A stretch of 37,525 bases of DNA. Source: an uncultured Nannocystaceae bacterium. GTDB taxonomy: Bacteria; Myxococcota_A; Bradymonadia; UBA7976; UBA1532. The notes beneath the pieces were generated by a model. It ran no database searches, had not been told where the DNA came from, and was given only the letters and a program-made list of their open reading frames with translations. Positions within the stretch are counted from its first letter, which is position 1; every line of letters starts with the position of its first letter. The stretch is taken from positions 1 to 37,525 of the forward strand of contig CAYOBQ010000083.1 in NCBI GenBank assembly GCA_964402225.1, written 5' to 3'. Position numbers and translations under genes: made by a program. Below are positions 15,180-22,785 of this stretch, one piece after another.

Positions 15180-16256
15180 TCAACCCTTGAGCGCCTCCCA
15201 GCTCCGAAGAAAGTTCCCCCCCAGGCACTTCACGACCCGCGCGTCGCTCCACCCCGCGTCGAGCAAGTGTTGAACGAGCCGCGGATAGGCGGCGGCCGAG
15301 ACCAGGTCCGTCGGTGGCGTCACGGCCCCGTCGTAGTCCGTCCCGATGGCCACGCAGTCCTCGCCGCCCACGTTGACCAGGTGATCGAGGTGCTCCACCA
15401 CGATGCGCCCGTCCGTGGGCCCGCCCCGCCGACACAGGAAGCCGCGGTGGAACATCACCCCAATCACCCCACCGCTGTCCGCCACGGCCTTGATCTGCGA
15501 GTCGTCGAGGTTGCGCCAGTGGGGGCAGACGCCGTCCACGCCCGAGTGCGTGACGATCAGCGGCAGCGCCCGGTCGTGGATCTCCACGGCGTCCCAGAAC
15601 CCGTCGGGGTGGATGTGGGCGAGATCGACGAAGACCCGCTCGGCGTCGAGCTGCGCCACGAAGCGGCGCCCCTTCTCCGTGAGCCCCCGTCCCCGCCGCA
15701 GCTTCGACACCGGGGCCGACGACGCTCCGTAGCAAGCGTTCGTCAGGTGCACCATCGTGACCCGCGTCAGCAGTCGGTCCGGCACCACCCCTGGCCCCGC
15801 GTCAGCCCCCTCGAAGGCGTTGCCGCCCTGCACCGACAACAGCACCGCGTGGGCGCCCCCCGCCCGGACGGCCCGATACTCCGCCGGCGTCCGCGCAAAG
15901 GCCAACCGCCCCTTGGACGCGGCGACGAACGCCCGGAAGCGCGCGAGGTTCTTCCGAAAGACCCGCAGCCGGCTCCCGGCCCTACGAAACGGGTTCGTCG
16001 TGATCGACCACATCCCGCCGGAGAGCCCGCCCTCGATCATGCGCGGCACATCGAGGTGTCCGAAAAACCGCCCCCCGGGCAACAGCGGCTTCTCGTGGCG
16101 CGTGTACAGGTCGTATCCGTAGATCCGCGGCGGGATGAACGAGTCGAGGTGCAGGTCGATGAACTCCGCCTCGTGGGTCAACGCCACGGCGTGCTCACCA
16201 ATCCCGAGCTGGGCCGCGACCTCTGCGTGGTCGATCCGTGCCGGAGGCTCTCCCAT
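15180..16256 (-). CDS. membrane dipeptidase, peptidase family M19 (renal dipeptidase-like)
   Basis: Core motifs: EFIDLHLDSF (His/Asp metal ligands), VTMVHLTNAC, DLAHIHPDGFWDA, IVTHSGVDGVCPHWRNLDDSQ, IGTDYDG, VKCLGGNFLRSW. The start is taken at the ATG at 16256 (MGEPPARIDHAEV...). An alternative ATG is at 16334. The track ORF extends to 16601 but that extension overlaps a coding-looking + strand ORF. Confidence 0.85.
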   Translation of the reverse strand: MGEPPARIDHAEVAAQLGIGEHAVALTHEAEFIDLHLDSFIPPRIYGYDLYTRHEKPLLPGGRFFGHLDVPRMIEGGLSGGMWSITTNPFRRAGSRLRVFRKNLARFRAFVAASKGRLAFARTPAEYRAVRAGGAHAVLLSVQGGNAFEGADAGPGVVPDRLLTRVTMVHLTNACYGASSAPVSKLRRGRGLTEKGRRFVAQLDAERVFVDLAHIHPDGFWDAVEIHDRALPLIVTHSGVDGVCPHWRNLDDSQIKAVADSGGVIGVMFHRGFLCRRGGPTDGRIVVEHLDHLVNVGGEDCVAIGTDYDGAVTPPTDLVSAAAYPRLVQHLLDAGWSDARVVKCLGGNFLRSWEALKG

Positions 16257-16531
16257 GCCCGGAGGTTGCCGCGAAGACGCGGGGATGGGAAGGAGGGCGA
16301 CGTTCGGCGAGCTCGACTTCGCGGCGCACGACATCCACCCGGCCCACGCGGACGCCCGCACCGACTCGCCGGTCGAGGCTGCCCCTTCGCTTCCGCGGAG
16401 ACCGCGGAGCCGACCTCGGAGCCCCGCGAGGTCGTCGGTGTCTTCGACCGCGGCGACCTGCTCACCAACGTGCCGGGCACGACGGAGCAAGAGGTCGTAC
16501 GGTGCGCCATCCGCGGAGCCCGTTCCGGGAC

Positions 16532-16852
16532 ATGATCCGCGCCCCGGCGCCCCGGCCCCCCATTCGGCGCGAGGGTGAGCTGCCGACCTGCCAAGGCACA
16601 TGGGAGGCGCTGATCAACCGCGCGGGTGCGGCGAAGCTCGGGGACCGCATCCAAGGGCTCCTCCACCGGCTGCGCCAGATCTGCGCGAGCTTCGACGTTC
16701 TCCGGAGCAGCGCCTACTTGCGGCCGGCGATCGTCGACTTGCACAGCTTCCTCTCAGCGTTGGTCGAGTTCCTCCCGGTTGCGGTGGACCGGATGAAGGA
16801 CGACGGCGATGCCCGCCCGGAGCTCGAGGTTGGCCTGAGTCTTGGAAGCTGA
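16532..16852 (+). CDS. small hypothetical protein (106 aa)
   Basis: ATG at 16532 inside track ORF 16238..16852. From there about 85% of codons end in G/C (MIRAPAPRPPIRREGELPTCQGTWEALINRAGAAKLGDRIQGLLHRLRQICASFDVLRSSAYLRPAIVDLHSFLSALVEFLPVAVDRMKDDGDARPELEVGLSLGS). Upstream of 16532 the same frame is an Arg-rich shadow of the dipeptidase gene. No recognisable domain. Confidence 0.3.
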   Translation: MIRAPAPRPPIRREGELPTCQGTWEALINRAGAAKLGDRIQGLLHRLRQICASFDVLRSSAYLRPAIVDLHSFLSALVEFLPVAVDRMKDDGDARPELEVGLSLGS

Positions 16853-17026
16853 GTCGGCGACGCTGTCCATGGGCGTTATCTCGCGGACTTTGACGGTTAG
16901 GGCCCGTCTGCTGTTCGGCGCGAGGCTGCGTGCGGACTTCTCCAATCTCGAGATAGCTCGTGGGGGACTCTCGCCTGGCGCGAGATTCGATGTGGGGCTC
17001 GGTCGAGCGCCCTGGGGGAATGAGTA

Positions 17027-17519
17027 GTGGCCGACGAGTTTGAGCTGACCCCGGAGGAGCGCAAGCGGCTCGAGCGCGCGGCGGAGACCTCCCGGTCGAT
17101 GCAACCCGAGCTCGGCCGACCTGGTCCGCGCGCTCCAGAACGAGGTGCATTCTCTCAGGGTCCAAGCTGGGTGGCCTCGCCCTTGTCGGAGGCCCAACCA
17201 ACGGCGGAGTCGACTCCGGTCGCTGCGTTCTTCGCGAAGTGCGGTGTCGATCCCGCGACCCAAGGATCTGCTGGACCGGTTCTACCGCCGCCGGCTCGAG
17301 GTCGCCGAGGGCGTACCGGCCATCGCCGCCGAGCCCGTCCTCGGCGAGGAGCGCTCGGAGGCGGTCCGGCTGGACCGGGAGATCCACCAGACGGTGCGGG
17401 CTGACACTCAGGGGCCTCTCGGCGCAGCCCTCGACAGCCTCGAGAGCTTGATGAAGGAGGTTGGGCGAGACCATGGGCACCCCGCGAGCGGTCACACCGA
17501 TCCCGACGAAGAGGATTGA
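17027..17519 (+). pseudogene. candidate frameshift-disrupted gene of unknown function, about 165 codons across two frames
   Basis: GTG at 17027 with GGGGGA 9 nt upstream opens a frame with strong GC3 bias (MADEFELTPEERKRLERAAETSRSM...AAFFAKCGVDPATQ). This frame degrades into Arg/Gly/Pro junk after about 17262. From about 17266 the +1 frame takes over with strong GC3 bias (LLDRFYRRRLEVAEGVPAIAAEPVLGEERSEAVRLDREIHQTVRADTQGPLGAALDSLESLMKEVGRDHGHPASGHTDPDEED*, stop 17517-17519). The two track ORFs 17027..17404 and 17145..17519 would each be half of one gene. Confidence 0.35.
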
Positions 17520-17943
17520 ACGGCGGCACGAGCCGCCGCCCGCGAAATACCCGTCCTACCGCGATTGCCTCCGACTCGAGCTTCGGGGCGTCTGCGCGTC
17601 TTGCCTGTTGAGCGAACAGGACTTCGTGGAAGGCGGGCACGGGCGACTCGGCGTGATGTGGATCGAACATCGCCACCCGCAGTCGTCGGACCCCGAACAG
17701 ACGGACCGCTACGAGAACTGCTACTACACATGCAGGCTCTGCAACCGCAGCCGCGGTTTCAAACCCGCATTTCATTGCGCACATCGCGTCTCTCGAGGCC
17801 ACGCTCGCCCGGTACAGGGAGCCGTTGGTTCGGGGCGGATGCGCATGCCCCGATGCGACCACGAAACCGATGAGTTGACAGGGGGCGCGGGCGCCGTCAC
17901 TTTCCGGTGTCTCTCGCGGACGCGCACGAAGGAGCACCCATGA
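17473..17943 (+). CDS. HNH endonuclease-like zinc-finger protein (156 aa, C-terminal part of doubtful coding quality)
   Basis: ATG at 17473 is preceded by AAGGAGG 12 nt upstream. The translation carries a CxxC pair followed by an HNH-like core: CASC...GVMWIEHRHPQSSDPEQTDRYENCYYTCRLCNRSRG. Compare the HNH pattern C-x2-C...DH-I-x-P...N...L-C-x2-C-N-x2-K/R-G. Codons after CNRSRG become unusually A/T-ending for this genome (ttt, cat, tct, gta, gtt, aca). The stop overlaps the next start (ATGA at 17940-17943). Confidence 0.45.
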   Translation: MGTPRAVTPIPTKRIERRHEPPPAKYPSYRDCLRLELRGVCASCLLSEQDFVEGGHGRLGVMWIEHRHPQSSDPEQTDRYENCYYTCRLCNRSRGFKPAFHCAHRVSRGHARPVQGAVGSGRMRMPRCDHETDELTGGAGAVTFRCLSRTRTKEHP

Positions 17944-18350
17944 CGGGCCTTGGAATTCGAGATCGCATCATCGACACGACCGTGAAGGTCGTGGACCTCA
18001 TCCTCAGCGGGGACCTCGTCCGAAAGGCGAAGGACGTCGCGGACACGGTGCGGGGGCGCGACGCGCGGTACGACGACGCGCCGACATACGCTCGGCCCGA
18101 GCCACCGCCGCCCGCACCAGAGCCGCCCGCGCCCGCTCCGGTGGCGCCGACCCCGCCGGCCTACCGGGTGGCGAAGGGCGAGGCGGGGTGGGAGCTGTCG
18201 AAGGACGGTGAGGTCATCGAGACGCACAAGCGGAAGCACGACGCGATGAAGCCGGGGCGAGCGGCGGCGCGGGCGGAGAAGGGCACGCTGATCATCCTCA
18301 AGCTGGATGGCTCGGTGGGCGAAGAGGTCGACTACGGGGACAGCGAGTAG
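17940..18350 (+). CDS. small protein with Pro-rich linker and C-terminal DUF2188-like domain (136 aa)
   Basis: ATG at 17940 has GAAGGAG 7 nt upstream. The C-terminus YRVAKGEAGWELSKDGEVIETHKRKHDAMKPGRAAARAEKGTLIILKLDGSVGEEVDYGDS follows the DUF2188 pattern (Y-x-V...GW-x-V/L-K...G...H...EA...A......L-I-I/V-H...DG-x-I/V.....YG-x-D). The middle is PEPPPPAPEPPAPAPVAPTPPA. Confidence 0.6.
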   Translation: MTGLGIRDRIIDTTVKVVDLILSGDLVRKAKDVADTVRGRDARYDDAPTYARPEPPPPAPEPPAPAPVAPTPPAYRVAKGEAGWELSKDGEVIETHKRKHDAMKPGRAAARAEKGTLIILKLDGSVGEEVDYGDSE

Positions 18351-18438
18351 TCGGTCCGGCGGTTTCTGAGCACTTTCGTCTCCCTGGCCCCGTTCATGTG
18401 GTACGCAAACACACCACGGGACGCAGAGAGGGGCAGGG

Positions 18439-21400
18439 ATGGACGACGCACGACTACGCGAGGCCCTGGAAGCGCTGAGCCAGCTTCTGGGCCGCGACGA
18501 CCTGGCACCGGACGAGACGCGGCGCGACTGGGCGACCCATCGAGGCGACCTCGACGCGGTGAAGCGCCACGCGGAGGAAGCGGCGGAGGCGCTGGAGGCG
18601 CTGGTCGTCACCCTGGCACCCACCGAAGCCGAGGCTGCGCGAGGCGTCGTCGCAGAGCAGATCGCCGACGCCGCGGTGCTGCTGCACGTCGCGGGGGATC
18701 GCGCGGGCGGGCGGGCGCTGCTGGATCGCGCGGTGGCGCTCGTCGCCCACAGCGCCGAGGCGGGGCTCGTCGGCGAGGCGGGAGAGCGGTTCGATGACTA
18801 CGCTCGGCTGGTGCACGCCTGGTGGCTGTTCAGGCACGGGGAGCGCGACGCCGCGTTGGCCATCGCCAAGCGCCTGAGCGCGCGGTCCTCCCCTGAGATC
18901 GCGGCGTCGGCGAAGGTGCTGTTGGAGGCGCCCGCTCCAATATCCGGGCCGCCCTCGCTGTTCACGCTCAACGGCTTCGGGCTGACCATCTACGGCGACC
19001 GAGACGCCCACCCCGACGGCTCCCACGTCAAGACGCGCTTCCTGGCCGCGCTGTTCGTGCCGATCCTGCCCCTGGACGCCTGGCGGGTGCTCCCCGCCGA
19101 CGAGGGCGGCTTCTACTTCCTGGGGAAGGTCCCCTTGAGCGGCCTGACCCGGTGGTGGCGGCGGCTCGCCCTGGTCGCGATCGTCGGCGCCGTCGCCTCG
19201 GGGGCGTGGGAGAGCCACGTCGAGTCGCCGGAGTATCGGGCCGCGCGCGCGTGGGAGGCGGCGGCGGCGCTGGAGACGAGCGGGAACGCAGAGGGCGCCG
19301 TCGACGCCTACGCCTCCCTCGCGGAGGAGTTCCCCTTCTCCGCGCCGGACCGCGCCGCCGAGGCGAGCGACGCGATGGTGCGGCTGCTCGTCGGGGACGG
19401 GTCGGACGCAGGCGGCTTGCTCCGCGCGGTGAAGCGCTACGAGGGCTTGGGCTGGAACACGAAGGGCAGCCACGGCGGCGGGAGGCTCGCCATGGCGCTG
19501 CTCGCGAGGGGTCGAGCGCTGGCCGCCGAGGACCTCGAAGGCGGGCTCGAGCTGCTGAAGGCGGGCGAACGGGTCGCGCCGAAGGAGCACGCGGCTGAGC
19601 TGCGTGAGGCGAGGGGCGCCCTGCAGACGAAGATCGCCGACCGGGACGCCGCCGAGTGGCCCCTCGACGCCATCCGCACCTACGCCGCGGTGGGCGGTCA
19701 CCCCGGCGCCGTGGCGGGGGCCGAGCGCCTGGTCGCGAAGCTGGGAGACGGGCCATCGGTCTGGGCCGAGCTCGCCGAGCCCCTGTCGGTGCTGCGTGAC
19801 CAGGCGACGCAGGGGAAGATCGAGGCGCCGGCGATCTCGGCCTCGATCGGTGCGGTCACGGAGGCGAAGCGGCACCTGGCCGACGCGGCGCGCGCCAAGA
19901 CCATCGCCGAGGGCGACATCGCCGCGCTCCGGGTCGCGTTCGAGGCGGTGGCGGGTGACCAGGAGGTCGCCGCCGCCCTCGCGCGGAGGTTGAGGGCGTC
20001 CGGGAAGTCGGAGGAGGCGATGGAGATCCTCACCGCGCTGGGCCCACCGGGGCTGCTGGTGCGAGCCGCGTCCGGGGAGCTGGCCGCCCTCCAGGTGGAG
20101 CGTGGCCAGTTGGCGGCGGCGGAGGCGCTGCTCGACCGCCAGCTTCGCACCCGACTGCCCGCCTTCGAGGAGGCCAGGCGCGCGTACGACGCGGCGACGG
20201 AGCGAACGCAGGAGGCGTTGATCCGTCAGGCGCGCGCGGGGAGCCTGCCGCGTGCGCTCTCCAACCAGCTCGACCGGGAGACCGACGAAGAGGCCAGACA
20301 GCGGCTCTTCAGCGAGTGGCTGTCGAAGCAGCTCGAGGACGACCCGCAGTTGGTCCGATTGCGCGAGGCATACTTCCGGTTCGACGACGTCGTGCCCCTC
20401 GCGCTCCAGCTCGGCACGGTGCAGCTACGACGGGCGAACGCGGCCTCGGGGGAGGTGCGCAAGCGTCTGCTCGACAAGGCGGAGCATGTCTTCTTGTCGA
20501 TCCAGGCCGAGGCGTCCGGGGCGGCCACCTTCCACCTGGGGCTGGGGCAGGTCTATCACCGACTCGGGAAGACCGAGGCGGGTGAGAAGGAGCTGCGCGG
20601 GCTCATCGAGCGGGGCGAGCCCGCGCTCTCGCTGGCGGTCGCCCAAACCTACCGCGAGCTGGGCCGGATCCAGCGTGCGCGGGAGACCGCGACGGCCGTC
20701 TTCGAGAACGCCGCGATGCCCACGAAGGGGAGCGCCGCCATCTTGATGGCGCTGATAGCGACGGACCGCGCAGACCGAAAGGAGTGGTTCGGGAAGGCGG
20801 ACCAGAAGGGCCGCTTCGTACGTATGAGCCTGCTGGAAATCGAGGCCATCGAGCTGCAGTTGAAGGGCGAGGACGCGAAGGCCGACGCGAAGTTCGCCGA
20901 GGTCGCGCGCGAGTTCGAGCGAGACGCGGCGCACGACGACTCGGCGGCCAACAACGCAGCCCTGGCCTACCAATCCCGCTTCACCTGCACGGGGGACACG
21001 GCGCACCTGGCGACGGCGGCGCGGTTGATGGAAGGCGCCCTGCGCCTGAGCCCCGATAACGCGCTCGTGGTGGCGAACACCGCTCGGCAGCTCGAGTACG
21101 GGCTGGTCACGGAGACGCTGGCCGAGGTCTTGCCGATGCGCCGACTCCGCCTCGGGTTGCGCGAAGCGAAGGTGGTGATCGATGCGCTCCTCCAGGGGCC
21201 CGAACGGGCGAGTTTCCACAAGCGAATCTGCGGCAGCCCGCAGCTCCGTCGCCTGCTCGAGCTGAGCCGGCAGGGCGAGGTCCTGGAGCCGGGCAGCGCC
21301 GAGCCCTACGAGCGACAGCGGGCCTGGCTGTTGCGCTGCGAGGACGTGCGTGGGCTGGAGGCGCTGGCCGACCGCGTGGCCCGGTTGCGTGGCCTCGACG

Positions 21401-22041
21401 ACGGCGACGCGCGCTCCGACCGCGACGGGTGGATCAGCGGCGCGAAGGACGACGAGATCCGCACCTCGCTGGACGACGCGATCACCCGGCTCGACAAGCT
21501 CGGCACCCGGATGAAGCGCGCCCCGGGCAGGGCCGTGGCCGCGTTGTTGAAGGCCGGCGTGCTGAGGACGCGGGCGATGGTGGCGGACACCGTCGAGTCC
21601 TGGCAGGCGATGGAGTCCGCGTGCCGCGCGGCGCTTGGGTGGCCGGCCCTCGGCGCGCAGCGCTGCGTCGCCGACGCCTTGCTCTTCACCGCGATCAAGC
21701 GCGGAACGACCGCCTCGGAGTCCCTCGGCGCGGCGTGGAGGTCAGAGGGGCGCGCGCTGGGGTCGATGGCGTTCTTCTTGAAGCACCGCGCCGGCCCTGA
21801 GCTGGCGGTGTTGCGCGAGCAGCCCGAGCTGGCGAAGGCCGGGCGGCTCCTCGAGGGCCCCGCGCGCATCCTGCCAAGGAAGTCCGACTGGGTCGTAGCC
21901 AAGGCGACCGGCAACGCTGCGTTGGAGAAGGCCGCCCTGCCGGCCTTCTCCAAGCCGACGGCCCGGCTCGACAGCGCGCTCCGCGCGAAGCTGGCTCCCT
22001 ACGACCCCGCGGCCGCGATGTGGGCCGCGCTCAACCCGTGA
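18439..22041 (+). CDS. large alpha-helical TPR-like repeat protein (1200 aa) with two predicted membrane-spanning segments near residues 190-260
   Basis: ATG at 18439 is preceded by GAGAGGGGCAGGG. It has A/L/E/R-rich helical repeats throughout and TPR-like segments (e.g. GLGQVYHRLGKTEAGEKELRGLIERG...VAQTYRELGRIQRARE). Hydrophobic stretches are FLAALFVPILPL and RRLALVAIVGAVASGAW. No Walker A motif. The antisense ORFs 18454..19875 and 19028..19756 are Arg-rich shadows. Confidence 0.8.
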   Translation: MDDARLREALEALSQLLGRDDLAPDETRRDWATHRGDLDAVKRHAEEAAEALEALVVTLAPTEAEAARGVVAEQIADAAVLLHVAGDRAGGRALLDRAVALVAHSAEAGLVGEAGERFDDYARLVHAWWLFRHGERDAALAIAKRLSARSSPEIAASAKVLLEAPAPISGPPSLFTLNGFGLTIYGDRDAHPDGSHVKTRFLAALFVPILPLDAWRVLPADEGGFYFLGKVPLSGLTRWWRRLALVAIVGAVASGAWESHVESPEYRAARAWEAAAALETSGNAEGAVDAYASLAEEFPFSAPDRAAEASDAMVRLLVGDGSDAGGLLRAVKRYEGLGWNTKGSHGGGRLAMALLARGRALAAEDLEGGLELLKAGERVAPKEHAAELREARGALQTKIADRDAAEWPLDAIRTYAAVGGHPGAVAGAERLVAKLGDGPSVWAELAEPLSVLRDQATQGKIEAPAISASIGAVTEAKRHLADAARAKTIAEGDIAALRVAFEAVAGDQEVAAALARRLRASGKSEEAMEILTALGPPGLLVRAASGELAALQVERGQLAAAEALLDRQLRTRLPAFEEARRAYDAATERTQEALIRQARAGSLPRALSNQLDRETDEEARQRLFSEWLSKQLEDDPQLVRLREAYFRFDDVVPLALQLGTVQLRRANAASGEVRKRLLDKAEHVFLSIQAEASGAATFHLGLGQVYHRLGKTEAGEKELRGLIERGEPALSLAVAQTYRELGRIQRARETATAVFENAAMPTKGSAAILMALIATDRADRKEWFGKADQKGRFVRMSLLEIEAIELQLKGEDAKADAKFAEVAREFERDAAHDDSAANNAALAYQSRFTCTGDTAHLATAARLMEGALRLSPDNALVVANTARQLEYGLVTETLAEVLPMRRLRLGLREAKVVIDALLQGPERASFHKRICGSPQLRRLLELSRQGEVLEPGSAEPYERQRAWLLRCEDVRGLEALADRVARLRGLDDGDARSDRDGWISGAKDDEIRTSLDDAITRLDKLGTRMKRAPGRAVAALLKAGVLRTRAMVADTVESWQAMESACRAALGWPALGAQRCVADALLFTAIKRGTTASESLGAAWRSEGRALGSMAFFLKHRAGPELAVLREQPELAKAGRLLEGPARILPRKSDWVVAKATGNAALEKAALPAFSKPTARLDSALRAKLAPYDPAAAMWAALNP

Positions 22042-22783
22042 CCACCGCGAGCTCCTCCTCCTCTTCGGTGAGCTGGAGGAAGACCTCTTCGAGCCTCTCT
22101 CCACCTCGGCCCGTGTCCTCGCGGAGGGCCTCCGGGGTGCCGCGGGCGACGAGCTGACCGCGGTGGATCACGGCGATCTCGTCGCAGAGCTCATCGGCGA
22201 CCTCGAGGGTGTGGGTGCTGAGCAGCACCGTGAGGCCGTTGTCGTTGGCCTCGCGGCGCAGCACGTCTTTGAGTAGCCGGCCGCCCCTCGGGTCGAGGCC
22301 GACCATCGGCTCGTCCACGACGAGCAACCGGGGGCGGTGCAGGAGCACCGAGGACATCACGAGGCGCTGCTTCATCCCGTGGCTGAAGCTCTCCACGAGC
22401 TGGTCGCGCTTGTGCCCCAGGCCGAAGAGCTCGAGGAGCTGGTGGCTGCGGGGGACGGCGTCGCTCTTGGCCATCTCGTAGAGGCCGCCCACGAAGTACA
22501 TGTACTCGAGGGCCGTCAGGCGCTCGTAGAGGTTCGGTCGGTCGGGGACGTAGCCGAGGCGACGTTTGGCGCCCGTGGGGTCCTTCGCGACGTCGATGCC
22601 GTCGACGAGGGCTCGGCCCGCGGTGGGGCGCACCAGGCCGACGACCATCTTCATGGTGGTCGTCTTGCCCGCGCCGTTGGGGCCCAAAAAGCCCAGGATT
22701 CGGCCCGGCTCGATGTCGAGATCCAGCTCGCTGACCGCGGTGAAGCTGCCGTAGCGCTTGGTGACCTTCTCGATGCGCAACAT
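22031..22783 (-). CDS. ABC transporter ATP-binding protein (ABC-2/DrrA-NatA-like exporter ATPase), 250 aa, no permease gene adjacent
   Basis: The internal ATG at index 130 of track ORF 22031..23170 gives MLRIEKVTKRYGSFTAVSELDLDIEPGRILGFLGPNGAGKTTT (Walker A). Other motifs: signature-like FSHGMKQRL, Walker B LLVVDEP, D-loop VGLD, H-loop LSTHTLE. AGGTGG lies 10 nt upstream. The 3' end overlaps the convergent TPR gene by 11 nt. Confidence 0.9.
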   Translation of the reverse strand: MLRIEKVTKRYGSFTAVSELDLDIEPGRILGFLGPNGAGKTTTMKMVVGLVRPTAGRALVDGIDVAKDPTGAKRRLGYVPDRPNLYERLTALEYMYFVGGLYEMAKSDAVPRSHQLLELFGLGHKRDQLVESFSHGMKQRLVMSSVLLHRPRLLVVDEPMVGLDPRGGRLLKDVLRREANDNGLTVLLSTHTLEVADELCDEIAVIHRGQLVARGTPEALREDTGRGGERLEEVFLQLTEEEEELAVVTG

Positions 22784-22785
22784 GC

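Noticed and set aside
12108-16535. 1475-aa + strand ORF, the longest in the track
   Set aside because: It lies antisense to flotillin, NfeD and the dipeptidase. The translation is a monotonous L/R/D/H/G-rich shadow with no motifs. The minus-strand genes have clear domain signatures and proper start contexts.
16257-16601. N-terminal extension of the dipeptidase to the ORF-track start at 16601
   Set aside because: The extension is Ala/Gly/Arg-rich and lacks M19 motifs. It collides with a + strand ORF showing about 85% GC3. The ATGs at 16256 and 16334 are more plausible starts.
18454-19875. 473-aa minus ORF and the nested 19028..19756 ORF
   Set aside because: Arg/Pro/Gly-rich shadows of the TPR-like gene.
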